Shown here: piece after piece, positions 1 through 10,359 of the stretch
How the letters are laid out: every line of letters begins with the position of its first letter
Position numbering within the stretch: position 1 is the stretch's first letter
Origin: Candidatus Babeliales bacterium
GTDB lineage: Bacteria; Babelota; Babeliae; Babelales; Vermiphilaceae
Direction: 5' to 3'
Length of the DNA stretch: 64,000 nucleotides
Assembly: GCA_963743635.1 (NCBI GenBank)
Contig: CAVUQO010000003.1
Location: forward strand, 544,001-608,000
The notes under the pieces: model-generated
The model's input: only the letters and a program-made list of their open reading frames with translations
Database searches by the model: none
What the model was told of the DNA's origin: nothing
Program-made: the position numbers and the translations under genes

Positions 1-657
1 GCGCCAGTTGCATCGGCTACTGTAGTTGCACCTGCATCAACTCCACAAGCGGCATCTACGCCGACTTGTGCATGCACTGATTGCGCATGTAATTCATTCG
101 CGTCATTAATTCCGTCGTTTCAACCATCAGACGTACAGCCAGTGCCAAGCTACCAAGGAATCATCAATGCCACTACGGCAAATGAAGCGCAATTTAACAC
201 TCAACTATCAACTGCAAATCAGGCATTAATTGCCTATCTCAGACAATGCATTGTGAATGGAGCATGTGATGCGCAGCAAGTATCAGCATTGATGGATACG
301 ATTCAGCAAGCGTACGTGACATTCGTACAACAAGCTGCATTGCTTGCCTACGCAAAGGCGCAACGTCTGCAAGATGAAACAGCATATCAAGCGTATCTTG
401 CTCAAATCGCGGGATTGCAGACAGGAAGTCAGCAAGCAGCGAATCAAGCAGGTAGTACATGGTTCTCCGTAGAAGCTGGTTATGAAACTGCGGATAATGC
501 GCTTGCCGTGAGCCAAAATTCAGCAACTGCTATTAATGCAAATCAAGCGCAAATTGTGCAAGTAAATGCGCAGATTGCAGCATTGTTGGCTACGTTGGCA
601 ACACCAACATCAGCCCCATCAACCCCTGACTATACCGCTACATCTACGCCTGCATAA
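1..657 (+). CDS. Ala/Gln/Thr-rich hypothetical protein, 5' end outside window
   Basis: Frame 1 is open from base 1 (APVASATVVAP...CACTDCAC) to TAA at 657; coiled-coil-like; followed by a hairpin terminator. Confidence 0.75.
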   Translation, partial: APVASATVVAPASTPQAASTPTCACTDCACNSFASLIPSFQPSDVQPVPSYQGIINATTANEAQFNTQLSTANQALIAYLRQCIVNGACDAQQVSALMDTIQQAYVTFVQQAALLAYAKAQRLQDETAYQAYLAQIAGLQTGSQQAANQAGSTWFSVEAGYETADNALAVSQNSATAINANQAQIVQVNAQIAALLATLATPTSAPSTPDYTATSTPA

Positions 658-678
658 TAGAGTTAATGGGTAGAATAC

Positions 679-722
679 AAGCCGAAAGGGCCGCACTAAA
701 AAATGCGGCCCTTTCGGCTTTC
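679..722 (+). terminator. Intrinsic terminator
   Basis: 17-bp perfect stem aagccgaaagggccgca / tgcggccctttcggctt followed by T. Confidence 0.8.
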
Positions 723-802
723 AAAATAAGTGAATTTCCTTGATGCGCCTGTAAAAAAGAGTATACTTTCGTCTGATATTTTAAACCATTGGTTTTAACA
801 AC

Positions 803-1510
803 GTGAGGAAATTCATGAAACGATATTTAGTATGTTCTATTTTGTTGATCAAAGCAGTTCATGTGCAAGCATGGCAATACAGTGATTATATACCCAATGT
901 ACCGAAATGTTCTGACGTGCCAGGATGCACATCGGTAGTTGATGGTTGGAACTACACAGCCTCGGCAGTTCAAAAAACGAAATGTTCTGATGTGCCAGGG
1001 TGCACGACCGTTGTAGATAGCTGCGTCGGCATCTATAAATCAATACCCACAATTCCTATGCCCACAATGCCTACATGGGGGCAAACATCAACAGTTGATG
1101 AATCATCATCAGGAATAATCACCGCGGCAGAATCTGAAAAAGTGGTATTCGAAGCGTATCTGAAATCAGAAAAAACGAGCGAGACATTTAGGGACGAGCA
1201 AGAACAGCAGCTCAAGGTGCAAATGGCATTAAGCGTAAAGTTATTGAATGATATGCTGAGCAAATTTGACGCATGTATCAAAACTCAGCGATGTTCACCT
1301 GAAGATTTGCGAGAACTAAAAAAAGAAATTGCGAAGCAAAATAAACAATATGCTGATCTGGTCAATAAAGTGGCCGCGTCAACAGCGGTATTGCAATATC
1401 GTAGCGAAAGGGAGCAAGCTGCACTTGATGCGAACTTAAAGCTGCAAAAGTTAGATGAGCAAAAAAAAACTGATTCTGAAGAATTTGCAAAAAAAAAAAT
1501 AATTCGATGA
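803..1510 (+). CDS. Secreted hypothetical protein with duplicated KCSDVPGCT motif and coiled coil
   Basis: Signal-peptide-like N-terminus; 75-bp-period internal repeat at 905 and 980; may continue into 1507-1875 if the A11 run at 1489-1499 is A12. Confidence 0.7.
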   Translation: MRKFMKRYLVCSILLIKAVHVQAWQYSDYIPNVPKCSDVPGCTSVVDGWNYTASAVQKTKCSDVPGCTTVVDSCVGIYKSIPTIPMPTMPTWGQTSTVDESSSGIITAAESEKVVFEAYLKSEKTSETFRDEQEQQLKVQMALSVKLLNDMLSKFDACIKTQRCSPEDLRELKKEIAKQNKQYADLVNKVAASTAVLQYRSEREQAALDANLKLQKLDEQKKTDSEEFAKKKIIR

Positions 1511-1875
1511 ATCAGTTGGTGAGTGCTCTAGGAGCATGGCCTGCTTTATCGTCCGAATGCAAAGAATCTTCTTTCAAAGAGATGATTGAAAATGATCGGA
1601 ATCTCAATGCGGAATATGCGAAAAAGGCATTGGAACATAACGTTGCCATTAGCGATGCAAGCAGAACGGTTATCAGCACGACTCCATTTTTAGAAGGCGA
1701 TGCGGATATTGTGAAGTTTAAAAATCAGTATCCTGATGTGCAAATACCATCAGCCAAACCTGCAGATCTCTCTGCTTCTGGTGATTCAGCGACTACTGCC
1801 CCAGAGAAAAAAGGTGCAGTTGAGCATATCAAAGCAACGGTGCTCAATGCATTCAATCATATACTCAAGAAATAA
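1507..1875 (+). CDS. Hypothetical protein, or C-terminal part of the 803 ORF
   Basis: ATGA overlap immediately after a homopolymer run. Confidence 0.55.
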   Translation: MNQLVSALGAWPALSSECKESSFKEMIENDRNLNAEYAKKALEHNVAISDASRTVISTTPFLEGDADIVKFKNQYPDVQIPSAKPADLSASGDSATTAPEKKGAVEHIKATVLNAFNHILKK

Positions 1876-1891
1876 TTAAAAAGAATCCCAG

Positions 1892-1932
1892 CAAATAAGA
1901 AGGGCGACTGTTTAAGTCGCCCTTCTTATTTG
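1892..1932. terminator. Bidirectional terminator
   Basis: 18-bp perfect inverted repeat caaataagaagggcgact / agtcgcccttcttatttg between convergent genes. Confidence 0.8.
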
Positions 1933-1945
1933 ATATTGGCTAATT

Positions 1946-2779
1946 CTAATTAGTGCTGCTATCGTTATTCACATTATGAACGATAGTATGATCCTGTTCG
2001 TGTCTATGGCATAACTTCTTGAACCATCCAAACCAACCTTCAAAATTAGGATCTTTTTGGATGTCTGGACAATCCAGATGGTTTTGTCTCAAAGTTTTCT
2101 TTGCAGTGGAAAGTTTGGCAATTAGTGTGTTTATTTTCTCTTTAGCATCTGGGAGTGATGTTGCTTTGGCTACTATTTGTTGAAGATCATATTCTGTTCG
2201 AGCGACTATGTTATGGTGCGCTATTATTTCATTTTTGAGCGTGCCGGCCGCCTGCGCATGGAGTGTTTTAAATTGAGCGTTTTCTTTTTTTAATCTTTTT
2301 GCTTGATATTTGAGTAATGCACCGTCTTCAATATCTGTCCAGACAAGGTACCCTGCAGCGATTGTTACAATTATGGGTACGGCTGGCTGCAGAATATTAA
2401 GTGCTACTTGTGCGGCTCCGACAGCAGGAGTGACGAGTCTGTTGGGTCCTCTGCTTTGCGCAATTTTTGCTAGGTTAAGGTTTGACGCAACAGAATATGC
2501 AGTAGCAGCAGTGCTTGCGCCTAAACACATGTGACTTCTAGTTATTGTTGGAACTTTTTGTAGTTGTGCGGTGTCAGGTCCTATTTTGAGATCGAACTCA
2601 TCCGGATTAAATTCTGGTAGTTTCGTGTATTCCAGGAGTTCAAGATAGTGCTGAGAATCGGGGTTATTAACCACAATAGCGCTATTATTGTCGGCGTCAT
2701 CTTCACCCATACAGCGAATTGATGGTGCGCTTGCGAGTGCTAAGATGCCGATAAATAGGGTTGTTTTATACGTGTTCAT
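1946..2779 (-). CDS. Hypothetical secreted/membrane protein
   Basis: Signal peptide, internal hydrophobic segment, AGGAG RBS. Confidence 0.7.
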   Translation of the reverse strand: MNTYKTTLFIGILALASAPSIRCMGEDDADNNSAIVVNNPDSQHYLELLEYTKLPEFNPDEFDLKIGPDTAQLQKVPTITRSHMCLGASTAATAYSVASNLNLAKIAQSRGPNRLVTPAVGAAQVALNILQPAVPIIVTIAAGYLVWTDIEDGALLKYQAKRLKKENAQFKTLHAQAAGTLKNEIIAHHNIVARTEYDLQQIVAKATSLPDAKEKINTLIAKLSTAKKTLRQNHLDCPDIQKDPNFEGWFGWFKKLCHRHEQDHTIVHNVNNDSSTN

Positions 2780-2864
2780 GGTATCTCCTTACCTTTGAAA
2801 TGGTATACGTATTATTTTCAGACTTGTATACTAATAGGAGCAAAAATAAAATACAAGGATAAGT

Positions 2865-3239
2865 GTGAACTTATATCAAGATGTGCTGATTGACCATTAT
2901 CGTAACCCCAGAAACCGTGGGGTGCTTGATCATCCTGATTTTAAATCGGGTGAAAATAATCCGTCTTGCGGGGATAGCGTGAGCATGTCCGGACGGGTAA
3001 AGGATGATCGTTTAATCGCGGTCAGTTTTGAAGGAGCCGGGTGCGTCATCAGCCAAGCTGCTGCCTCAATGTTAACTGAAAAAGTAATTGGGGAACGGTT
3101 GGAAGATATTATGAAATTGAATGCTGCTTTTATGCGTAATCTGGTTGGTATCGAACTGGGGCCAACGCGGGTACGTTGCGCACTTCTCGCGCTCGAGGCG
3201 CTTCAAAAAGGAATTCAGGAGTATCTCCATGCTCAATAG
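2865..3239 (+). CDS. sufU: SufU/IscU-type Fe-S cluster scaffold protein
   Basis: LYQDVLIDHYRNPRNRG, NPSCGD, GCVISQAAAS and RVRCALL motifs. Confidence 0.92.
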   Translation: MNLYQDVLIDHYRNPRNRGVLDHPDFKSGENNPSCGDSVSMSGRVKDDRLIAVSFEGAGCVISQAAASMLTEKVIGERLEDIMKLNAAFMRNLVGIELGPTRVRCALLALEALQKGIQEYLHAQ

Positions 3240-4384
3240 AGCGAAGGTTATGTATGCATTGCAGTCGATTGAGAATGCATTATTTCATGATATTTCAGAT
3301 GAAATAATGCGTGCGCGCGAGGTATGGGAACGTATTAGCCGTGATGCTACATTCATTCATAAAATTCGTGCATGCGATATTCCACTACCATTGCCATTAT
3401 GGGATGGCGAGCTTGGTGTATCGATTCCGATAGAGCCAAAAATGGGACCGTATACCATTCTGGGAATAGATGGTTCACAAATTTATCCCGATAAACATCA
3501 AGGCTCTATGTGCTTTCTGATTAACATCGGGAGTGTGCTCGTATCCTACGGGCAGCCGGGCAAAGGGGTGCACCTTGAATCGGTACCATACGTCTTCGTA
3601 CAAAGCGATGAAGATGAATGGAGCCCAACACCCGATATCGTCAATTGTCGTCGCGAGGAGTTTGAATTTGAGGCCGGCAGTCACATAAGCCAAACGGTAC
3701 GTGCCGAGCAATCGCCGGAGGTTCCCTATCTTTTTGTTTCAGATGGCTCGCTCATTTTTTGGCATTTAGAATCGAAGGATGCGCCCATTCGTGATTACTT
3801 TTTGCCGCGATATTGTGCACTATTGCATGAACTTTATGATCAAAAAACATTGTGTGCTGGATATATTAGTCTTCCTAAAAATAAAGAATTGGTGAATTTG
3901 GTGCGCGTGGCGCTTGCTGATTTCAATACGAATGTGTGCATGGCATCAACGGCGATCAATCACGTTGTGGATACGACTATTGCAAATATGTTCTTGGATC
4001 CGTATTCACGGTCCACGATCTTTCAGTCGGGTGCTCCTATTGCAAAACAGTATCCTGATCATTTAGTTCCTTATTTTTTTTATTTGCATACGGGGCATGA
4101 ATTGGCGCGAGTCGAGATTCCCGCATGGATTGCCCATGATGATGAAGCGGTAACGCTGGTCGCGCGCATGCTGCTTGATCAAAGTATTAAGGGGCGCGGG
4201 CTATCCGGTAGTATTGGCCGAAGCGCATGAACAGGCGGTGGTCAAAGGTCCGGATCGAGATTTCTTTTATCAGGTGATTACCAAATTGGGGATTGAACGA
4301 AAACAAGCGGATTTTGCTTTCCCAAAAAAGTGTCAAAAAAAGAGGAATTGGGATCTAAGGATTGCCCATGAATTCCGGCATTGA
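3229..4384 (+). CDS. nurA: NurA-domain nuclease, with a frameshift near 4195
   Basis: GIDGSQI, DGSLIFW, RVEIPAW; C-terminal GYPVVLAEAHEQAVV lies in the shifted frame; start overlaps the sufU end. Confidence 0.85.
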
Positions 4385-4397
4385 GTAGATTTCCTTC

Positions 4398-4440
4398 CCG
4401 TTCGCCCTGAGGACGGAGCGAGGCGATGTATCGAATGGGT
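4398..4440. repeat. Half copy of the palindromic REP/MITE-like family
   Basis: ccgttcgccctgagga...tcgaatgggt, shared with the copies at 25915-26042 and 56201-56330. Confidence 0.75.
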
Positions 4441-4672
4441 AAACAGGCTCCGTGCATGAAGACGACGGAGATGGGTATTTTTCATACAAGACATAAATTA
4501 AAAATGTAATGATTAATTGCAGCATGAATTGTTTGACGGGGCTTATTTTCGAGCCCCTTTTTTTATGACTATTGCATATGGATCTGCATTATTGCTACTA
4601 TACGAGACGCTATAGATTCTAGAGTTCTGTACATTAGAATATATTTTAAAGTCTCAATTAGGGGAGGCGACT

Positions 4673-5551
4673 ATGATTAAGCACACATTCAGCATTGCAT
4701 CACTACTCATCATCACACCAATGATTAACGGATCACCACAATCGGTACTAGAACAATCGCTTGCACAATTGGCAGCATCATCGCTATCTGCAGCAGGGCA
4801 CGTGGCTTCGGGTGTCGGGTCTGCAATGCATGGCATAGCAGGAGCACTTCCAGCGGAATTGGATTCTATGGAAGAAGAATTAAGCACCATGGATCCTAAA
4901 ATGTTTTTGAATGCGTTGATAGTTCTTACGGCGTGGGAATCATGTAAAATGGGTTATCGACTCGTGATGAGGAGTGAAGATGATATATCGGAAGTCACGC
5001 ATGAATCAGTTGATCAAAAAATAGCTGCAGCTCAAAAAAGTCATGACAAAGCCCTCCAGACAAAGCTGGAGGGAATTAGAGAAGTATTGATGAATAGTGT
5101 TAATGCCCAGGGCAAACGTCAGGATAAAATTGAAAAGAGACTGGATGCTGTAGCAAATGATAATAAAAAGGGACTTGCTGCAATTACTGAGCTCGTGTTG
5201 GGGGATGGCACTGATAAAGAGATGGGTATTCTTAAACGGCACGAAGCACATGCAAATAGATTGAAAGCTTTGGAATCGCATAGCGCTGCAGTTAATACGA
5301 GGCTCGATAGTATGCAAAATAAGAGTGGTACTGATGCGCGATTTACGCACGTAGAAGGTCGAGTTGCTTCATTAGAAAAGTTTGCATCAACAACAGGATT
5401 CAAGCCGCAGGATAAGAAGAGCAGACTGTTAGGTGTGTTCTACAAAAAAGATTCTGGCTCAAGCTCACAGGGTGACAACAATAACAATAATAAAGGCGAT
5501 CATCACAGCACAGAAGCGTACGATGGCGACAACGATAATGATAGACTCTAG
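4673..5551 (+). CDS. Secreted coiled-coil hypothetical protein
   Basis: GGAGG RBS, signal peptide, heptad-rich middle, low-complexity tail. Confidence 0.75.
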   Translation: MIKHTFSIASLLIITPMINGSPQSVLEQSLAQLAASSLSAAGHVASGVGSAMHGIAGALPAELDSMEEELSTMDPKMFLNALIVLTAWESCKMGYRLVMRSEDDISEVTHESVDQKIAAAQKSHDKALQTKLEGIREVLMNSVNAQGKRQDKIEKRLDAVANDNKKGLAAITELVLGDGTDKEMGILKRHEAHANRLKALESHSAAVNTRLDSMQNKSGTDARFTHVEGRVASLEKFASTTGFKPQDKKSRLLGVFYKKDSGSSSQGDNNNNNKGDHHSTEAYDGDNDNDRL

Positions 5552-5567
5552 TCATTAAAACGTACTA

Positions 5568-5608
5568 AAAGCGAAGAAGGCTCTCAGATCGAGAGCCTTC
5601 TTCGCTTT
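5568..5608. terminator. Bidirectional terminator
   Basis: 18-bp perfect inverted repeat between convergent genes. Confidence 0.8.
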
Positions 5609-5622
5609 GAAAAGTTAAATTA

Positions 5623-6759
5623 TTATCCTAAGAATTTTTTAAAAAATCCTACGATTCCTTCATTTTTATCAGTGCCCGTGCCAATCATTTTTGAATATTC
5701 AACGAGTAGATTTTTGGCATCATCACCCAATTTTTTAGGAATATCGCAGTGCGTGATGATCACGAGATTGCCGCTTACCTTTGAACGCAAAGCAGGGAAT
5801 CCTTTACCAGCTATCACAATGCGTTCGCCAGAAGGGCATCCCTTAGGAACCTTCAATGTTTCTTTGGTGCCATCGATATTTTCAATTTCGACATGGCATC
5901 CGAGTACGAGTTGCGGATAGGTTAAGATGATGGTTGAAACCAGATCATCACCTTCGCGATTAAACTTTTTATCCGGCATGACGTGGACTTTAATGATCAA
6001 ATCTCCAATGTGACCACCAAAAACGCCCGCATCACCTTTGCCTGCTATGCGCAGTTCGGCGCCATCAAAAATACCACGAGGAATATTGATTGAAAATTTG
6101 TCCTGTTTTTTCACGCGTGTTTTACCAGAACAGGTTGGACATGGTTCTGGAATGGTAAATCCTTCACCACTGCACGCGCTACACGTTTGGGCATATATCA
6201 GAAAACCTTGTCTCAATTCGATTTGTCCCATGCCGCCGCAGGTTTTGCATTGTTGTATGGAAGTGCCTTTTTTGGTGCCCTTTCCAGTGCAAGTTTCGCA
6301 CACTTCATAGCGAGGATAATTTAACTGTTCAGTGCAGCCCAGATAGGCATCTTTAAGCGTGATAGAGACTTCTTTATGAAGGTTATGACCATTGCGTGGC
6401 GTCGGACCCGTTTTTTTACGTCCGCGACGGCCTGCGCCCCCTGAGAACATTTCACCGAAGATGTCGCCAAAGTTTTCGAATATGTCGTCCATATTCATGC
6501 CATGAGGACCACCATGCCCGCCATGTCCACCCATGCCCATACCTGCATGACCAAACTGGTCATACTGTTGGCGTTTTTGGGGGTCTGACAGCGTTTCATA
6601 GGCCTCGGCAGCCTCTTTGAACTGTTCTTCAGCCTGTTTATTATCTGGATTACGGTCTGGATGATATTTCAGTGCTAATTTTCGATAGGCGGCTTTGATC
6701 TCATCGAGAGTGGCCGTTTTTGAGACACCAAGTATCTCGTAGAAGTCTCTTTTTGCCAT
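5623..6759 (-). CDS. dnaJ: Chaperone DnaJ
   Basis: J domain with HPD, G/F-rich region, four CxxCxGxG-type zinc motifs. Confidence 0.97.
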   Translation of the reverse strand: MAKRDFYEILGVSKTATLDEIKAAYRKLALKYHPDRNPDNKQAEEQFKEAAEAYETLSDPQKRQQYDQFGHAGMGMGGHGGHGGPHGMNMDDIFENFGDIFGEMFSGGAGRRGRKKTGPTPRNGHNLHKEVSITLKDAYLGCTEQLNYPRYEVCETCTGKGTKKGTSIQQCKTCGGMGQIELRQGFLIYAQTCSACSGEGFTIPEPCPTCSGKTRVKKQDKFSINIPRGIFDGAELRIAGKGDAGVFGGHIGDLIIKVHVMPDKKFNREGDDLVSTIILTYPQLVLGCHVEIENIDGTKETLKVPKGCPSGERIVIAGKGFPALRSKVSGNLVIITHCDIPKKLGDDAKNLLVEYSKMIGTGTDKNEGIVGFFKKFLG

Positions 6760-6978
6760 ATGGGTACACATTTATCGCTTTTAAGAGGTTAAATTTACCT
6801 TATTATAGCGAAAAAGAGGGGAAATTTAAATCTTAAATATGAGACTTTTCCAGAAGTAATTAAACTATCTCCTTATTTATTTTCTTATAGTTATTGACTT
6901 TGGTGGGATGGAGCTGGTATTATTTCAATTAGAAACATTAGTAACCATAAAAAGACCAAAATTTAAGGAGGGTTTTTT

Positions 6979-7455
6979 ATGAAACGTATAATCAATAATA
7001 TCGGGTTGGCACTGAGCTTGCTCGTAATTTCATCAAATGTTGTGGCATTACCAAGTCTCAAGGATCTTGAAAAAATGATCAAGAGCGGTGAAAAATTGGT
7101 AAAAGGTTCAGATGTTCACCTTAAGGCTTTGAAAAAATCAGCGAATGATTTGGTTGCCATACAAAAAGAATTGGCCAAGCCGGGTATTTCTGCAGCAGAT
7201 AAAATGAGCAAATGTATTGAAGGTATCAATATAATGAATGCGGCACTGAATGAGCATGTTAAGCCTATGCTTGCTATGACAAAAGACGTTGTGAGCGTAA
7301 CGCCTGCTAAGGGACCATTCGATACACTTGATACGCAGGTTAATAGCATGGCTGAATTCTCCAAAGAACTTGCAGCAGCAATGAATGAGATGAAAGGTGT
7401 GCTTAAAGTATTAGGTGCGAAACCAGCAACAGCGCCAGCTCCAGCAGCTAAGTAA
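6979..7455 (+). CDS. Secreted helical hypothetical protein
   Basis: AGGAGG RBS, signal peptide, candidate promoter ttgact..TGgtattat at 6894-6923. Confidence 0.75.
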   Translation: MKRIINNIGLALSLLVISSNVVALPSLKDLEKMIKSGEKLVKGSDVHLKALKKSANDLVAIQKELAKPGISAADKMSKCIEGINIMNAALNEHVKPMLAMTKDVVSVTPAKGPFDTLDTQVNSMAEFSKELAAAMNEMKGVLKVLGAKPATAPAPAAK

Positions 7456-7482
7456 CTTGTAGTAATACAACAAGCTTTAGAT

Positions 7483-7514
7483 AAAAGAAGGGTCGATTCA
7501 TTCGGCCCTTTTTT
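7483..7514. terminator. Bidirectional terminator
   Basis: aagggtcga / tcggccctt hairpin flanked by A and T tracts. Confidence 0.65.
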
Positions 7515-8082
7515 ACTTCTTGATTGATATGTCAGATGGATCGGCAACATCAAGAGATAGGCGGAGCGAATCTTGCAGTTGCAATGCGATAGGTTCGGGT
7601 AAGCTGGTTGTAGTGATATCAAAGGAGCCGTGTCTGAGTGTTTCTTCCAATGCTGCAGGTACCGTCAGCACCACGCAAAAAGTGTTGACCGCGCTGAGTG
7701 TTTTCTGCTTATTGAATTTGAGAATGAGTGTTTGGGTTTTAGTGTTCCAGAATCCATCGCATAACAGTGCATCTTCGATTGCCATAAATTCTTTATCATT
7801 GGGTTTTTCGTACAGTGAACCGATGAGCTTGTTGAGTGTCGGGCCATTCCAGCGCAACTCTAGTTTGCTCAAACAAAGTGGTTCCAGCGTTTTCTTCTTG
7901 AAAGTGATAGTACCAGCCAAAATCCATTTGCCGCCAAAAAGCGAATTGTTAATGTTGTTATTGTCGATAGATTTCCATTTTGGTTGAATGATTACTTTAA
8001 GTTCCTTGCCCTCGTGTATCATGGCTTGCGCATTAAGAGTTGCCGCCGTAATGATGATGCCTAGTATCAACTTCATTTTCAC
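7513..8082 (-). CDS. Hypothetical exported protein
   Basis: Signal peptide, beta-rich sequence. Confidence 0.7.
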   Translation of the reverse strand: MKMKLILGIIITAATLNAQAMIHEGKELKVIIQPKWKSIDNNNINNSLFGGKWILAGTITFKKKTLEPLCLSKLELRWNGPTLNKLIGSLYEKPNDKEFMAIEDALLCDGFWNTKTQTLILKFNKQKTLSAVNTFCVVLTVPAALEETLRHGSFDITTTSLPEPIALQLQDSLRLSLDVADPSDISIKK

Positions 8083-8164
8083 TCCGCAATGGTACCTTGG
8101 TAGGGTTTGTAAAACACCCTAGCAAATTCAATTGCGATCCGTGAAGTGTTTTTCGCAAAAAGAA

Positions 8165-9274
8165 CTATTGCTCAACTTGCAGGCGGTATCCACTATGAAT
8201 TCCTTCTTGTGCCCGCAAATGAATTGGCATCACAAACGTTACTTCTTCACGCTTGAAGCTTGCAGGTAATGGTGGGAATAGGCCTGCTTTATGCGCATTG
8301 GTGATCAGCATTGATTCCATTTTGCTAATATCCATTGTCTTGTGTGGATGACGCAGGAGAGCATTGAGCAGTTTGCCTTGCTTGTTGATCGTCATAACGA
8401 GTACTGCCTTGGTATCAACGTTGGAAGCAAGTGCTAATACATTATTTTCAGCATTCATCGCTTGTTTCAGATTGTTCCATAACTTGGTCATGTATCGTTG
8501 GTGCGCTAATTGCGTTGGATCATTTGATGGTGCATTGCCGAGTTCCGCGCACATACTTTCCATAAATCCTTGTGCTATTTTTGAAAGCATTTTTACATCA
8601 GCGGGATGCATGGGAGGGCGCTGCGCTATTTTGCGTACAATTTTTTTAGCGGCCTTTTTTACAACAACTGGCTTTGGTGCTTGTTGAGGAGATTCAGAGC
8701 CTGAAATGGTATCAGAAATTGGTTGCTGTTTTTCAGAGCTTCCCTTCGCTGGTTCGTCTGCAGGGCGTTGGTCAGCCTGAGGTTGTTCGGCAGGAGGTGT
8801 TGGCGTGTCATCGGAGCTGTCTGCCGCATCTTCAGCAGGAGATTCATCTTCAGGAGTTTCCTCTTCTTGATCTGAGGATGCAGTGTCGGGGGTTGGTAAT
8901 TGTGGCGTAACTAAGCCAGCAGGTTGTGGTAATTCTCCCGGATCATCAGTGAGCGTATCATTGGGCTGCACGCCTTGCGAAAGCAACTCAACGAGTATTT
9001 CATGATCGGGATCGTATGTATCGTCATCTTGCTGCTGCGCTTGCTGTTGTTGCGGAGTTAATTGATTGTTTTGCAGCTGGTTATTGGCATCAAAATATTC
9101 TACGGTTTGTGCATCGTTGATTTGTGCATCATGAGATGGACTTTGAAAGATAAAAATAAGCAGCAGTATAAGAATATGCAACAGTAAAGAAAGCAGGAGT
9201 ATAAATGATCCGGTTATACGTGAAGTATCGCTATCCATACTGCTCCTTGTTTTCAAGATACGCTTTTTTATCAC
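8165..9274 (-). CDS. TonB/TolA-like protein
   Basis: N-terminal TM with SLLLH motif, acidic Pro-rich linker, C-terminal domain ending FPPLP. Confidence 0.7.
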   Translation of the reverse strand: MIKKRILKTRSSMDSDTSRITGSFILLLSLLLHILILLLIFIFQSPSHDAQINDAQTVEYFDANNQLQNNQLTPQQQQAQQQDDDTYDPDHEILVELLSQGVQPNDTLTDDPGELPQPAGLVTPQLPTPDTASSDQEEETPEDESPAEDAADSSDDTPTPPAEQPQADQRPADEPAKGSSEKQQPISDTISGSESPQQAPKPVVVKKAAKKIVRKIAQRPPMHPADVKMLSKIAQGFMESMCAELGNAPSNDPTQLAHQRYMTKLWNNLKQAMNAENNVLALASNVDTKAVLVMTINKQGKLLNALLRHPHKTMDISKMESMLITNAHKAGLFPPLPASFKREEVTFVMPIHLRAQEGIHSGYRLQVEQ

Positions 9275-9312
9275 CCAAGATTACTGTATTGAGGCATAAA
9301 ATGATAGTACTA

Positions 9313-9341
9313 AAAACGCCCGGCAGGGTTATGCCGGGCGT
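9313..9341. terminator. Terminator
   Basis: acgcccggca / tgccgggcgt stem. Confidence 0.65.
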
Positions 9342-9365
9342 CCAAAATATACTTTTTTATGAATT

Positions 9366-9845
9366 TTATTCAGTTTCGGAGGGACTAACTTTTAATCTTT
9401 TAGGGCTTAGCGATGCATCATGTTCTATCGATCTAAAATTATTTTTTTTCGGATTGATACCATTAGCGTCGTCAGTATCTTTAATGATCGCAGTGATATG
9501 ATTATGATATGCCTGGGCTAAGACAATATTATCGTGCCGTTGATAGGGTACGTCTAATCGCTCTTGTGTAACAGTTACGTTGTTCGTGTTTTCCTTTGTA
9601 TGCCCTGGTAGCAGTGTAGCTCTAAGCGCATCAGACATAGGACGCACTATGCGTCGTGAGCCGGAGGTGGTATTCGGGTTGGTTGGGAGCAATGCAGTGC
9701 GCTGTGCAGGATTCAAGAGTGGCTGTGATAATTGTTGTGTGGTTGCGGGCATATTTGCCTGCTGATTTGTCTGAGAATCCATAGTATGTGATGAGACTGT
9801 GTAAGCAAAAGAGAATATGATTGCTAATAATAAGCGGGGCTTCAT
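9366..9845 (-). CDS. Secreted low-complexity hypothetical protein
   Basis: Probable start MKPRLLLAIIF (signal peptide) within the 212-aa ORF. Confidence 0.6.
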   Translation of the reverse strand: MKPRLLLAIIFSFAYTVSSHTMDSQTNQQANMPATTQQLSQPLLNPAQRTALLPTNPNTTSGSRRIVRPMSDALRATLLPGHTKENTNNVTVTQERLDVPYQRHDNIVLAQAYHNHITAIIKDTDDANGINPKKNNFRSIEHDASLSPKRLKVSPSETE

Positions 9846-9951
9846 CAATAATCCATTCTTGTTATGGGGTGCATAATATATTTTACTATTTACTTTAAGT
9901 TTAACGCAGTTTTTGTATAAGTTCAAATGGAAAACTTGCAGGTTAAGCGCT

Positions 9952-10359
9952 TCATTTTTGGGGGACGAAGGCTTGAGATAGGAATTCTTGTCGAAGTGGG
10001 GCATATTGCGCTACTTCAGCGTAGATATCATTACGTGTGGGGTTGGTAGGTGTGCGCGGTTGATTGTAAAATATTTTAATCGCCTTGGGCCCTGCTATTG
10101 AGCATCCAAGTCCTTCCTGAGGGGCAGGAGGTGCTTGCGTGAAGGTGCGTTGAATGATCGTCGTATACCTTTTTTCCATGACATGCGCATTATTTTTGAG
10201 TGTGCATTCGAAGATACTTCGATGAGATATATTGTAACGAGGGGTAACGGAAGCTGCGCAAAAGACAGTTTTGAATGGAGACAAAAAAAATCCGCCACAG
10301 CACGAGAGTGCAAGCAGCAGGAATAATCGCATATTCATTCTAAAGGCTCCGATTTTCAC
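9952..10359 (-). CDS. Hypothetical protein
   Basis: ORF overlapping the tilS stop, hydrophobic N-terminus. Confidence 0.45.
   Translation of the reverse strand: MKIGAFRMNMRLFLLLALSCCGGFFLSPFKTVFCAASVTPRYNISHRSIFECTLKNNAHVMEKRYTTIIQRTFTQAPPAPQEGLGCSIAGPKAIKIFYNQPRTPTNPTRNDIYAEVAQYAPLRQEFLSQAFVPQK

Noticed and set aside
1489..1510. Phase-variable A11 tract
   Set aside because: Cannot be distinguished from homopolymer error or a genuine ATGA overlap, given the indel rate in this assembly.
679..5608. Integron attC sites after orphan genes
   Set aside because: Hairpins are perfect stems with A/T tails and lack RYYYAAC/GTTRRRY ends; they fit terminators; no intI.
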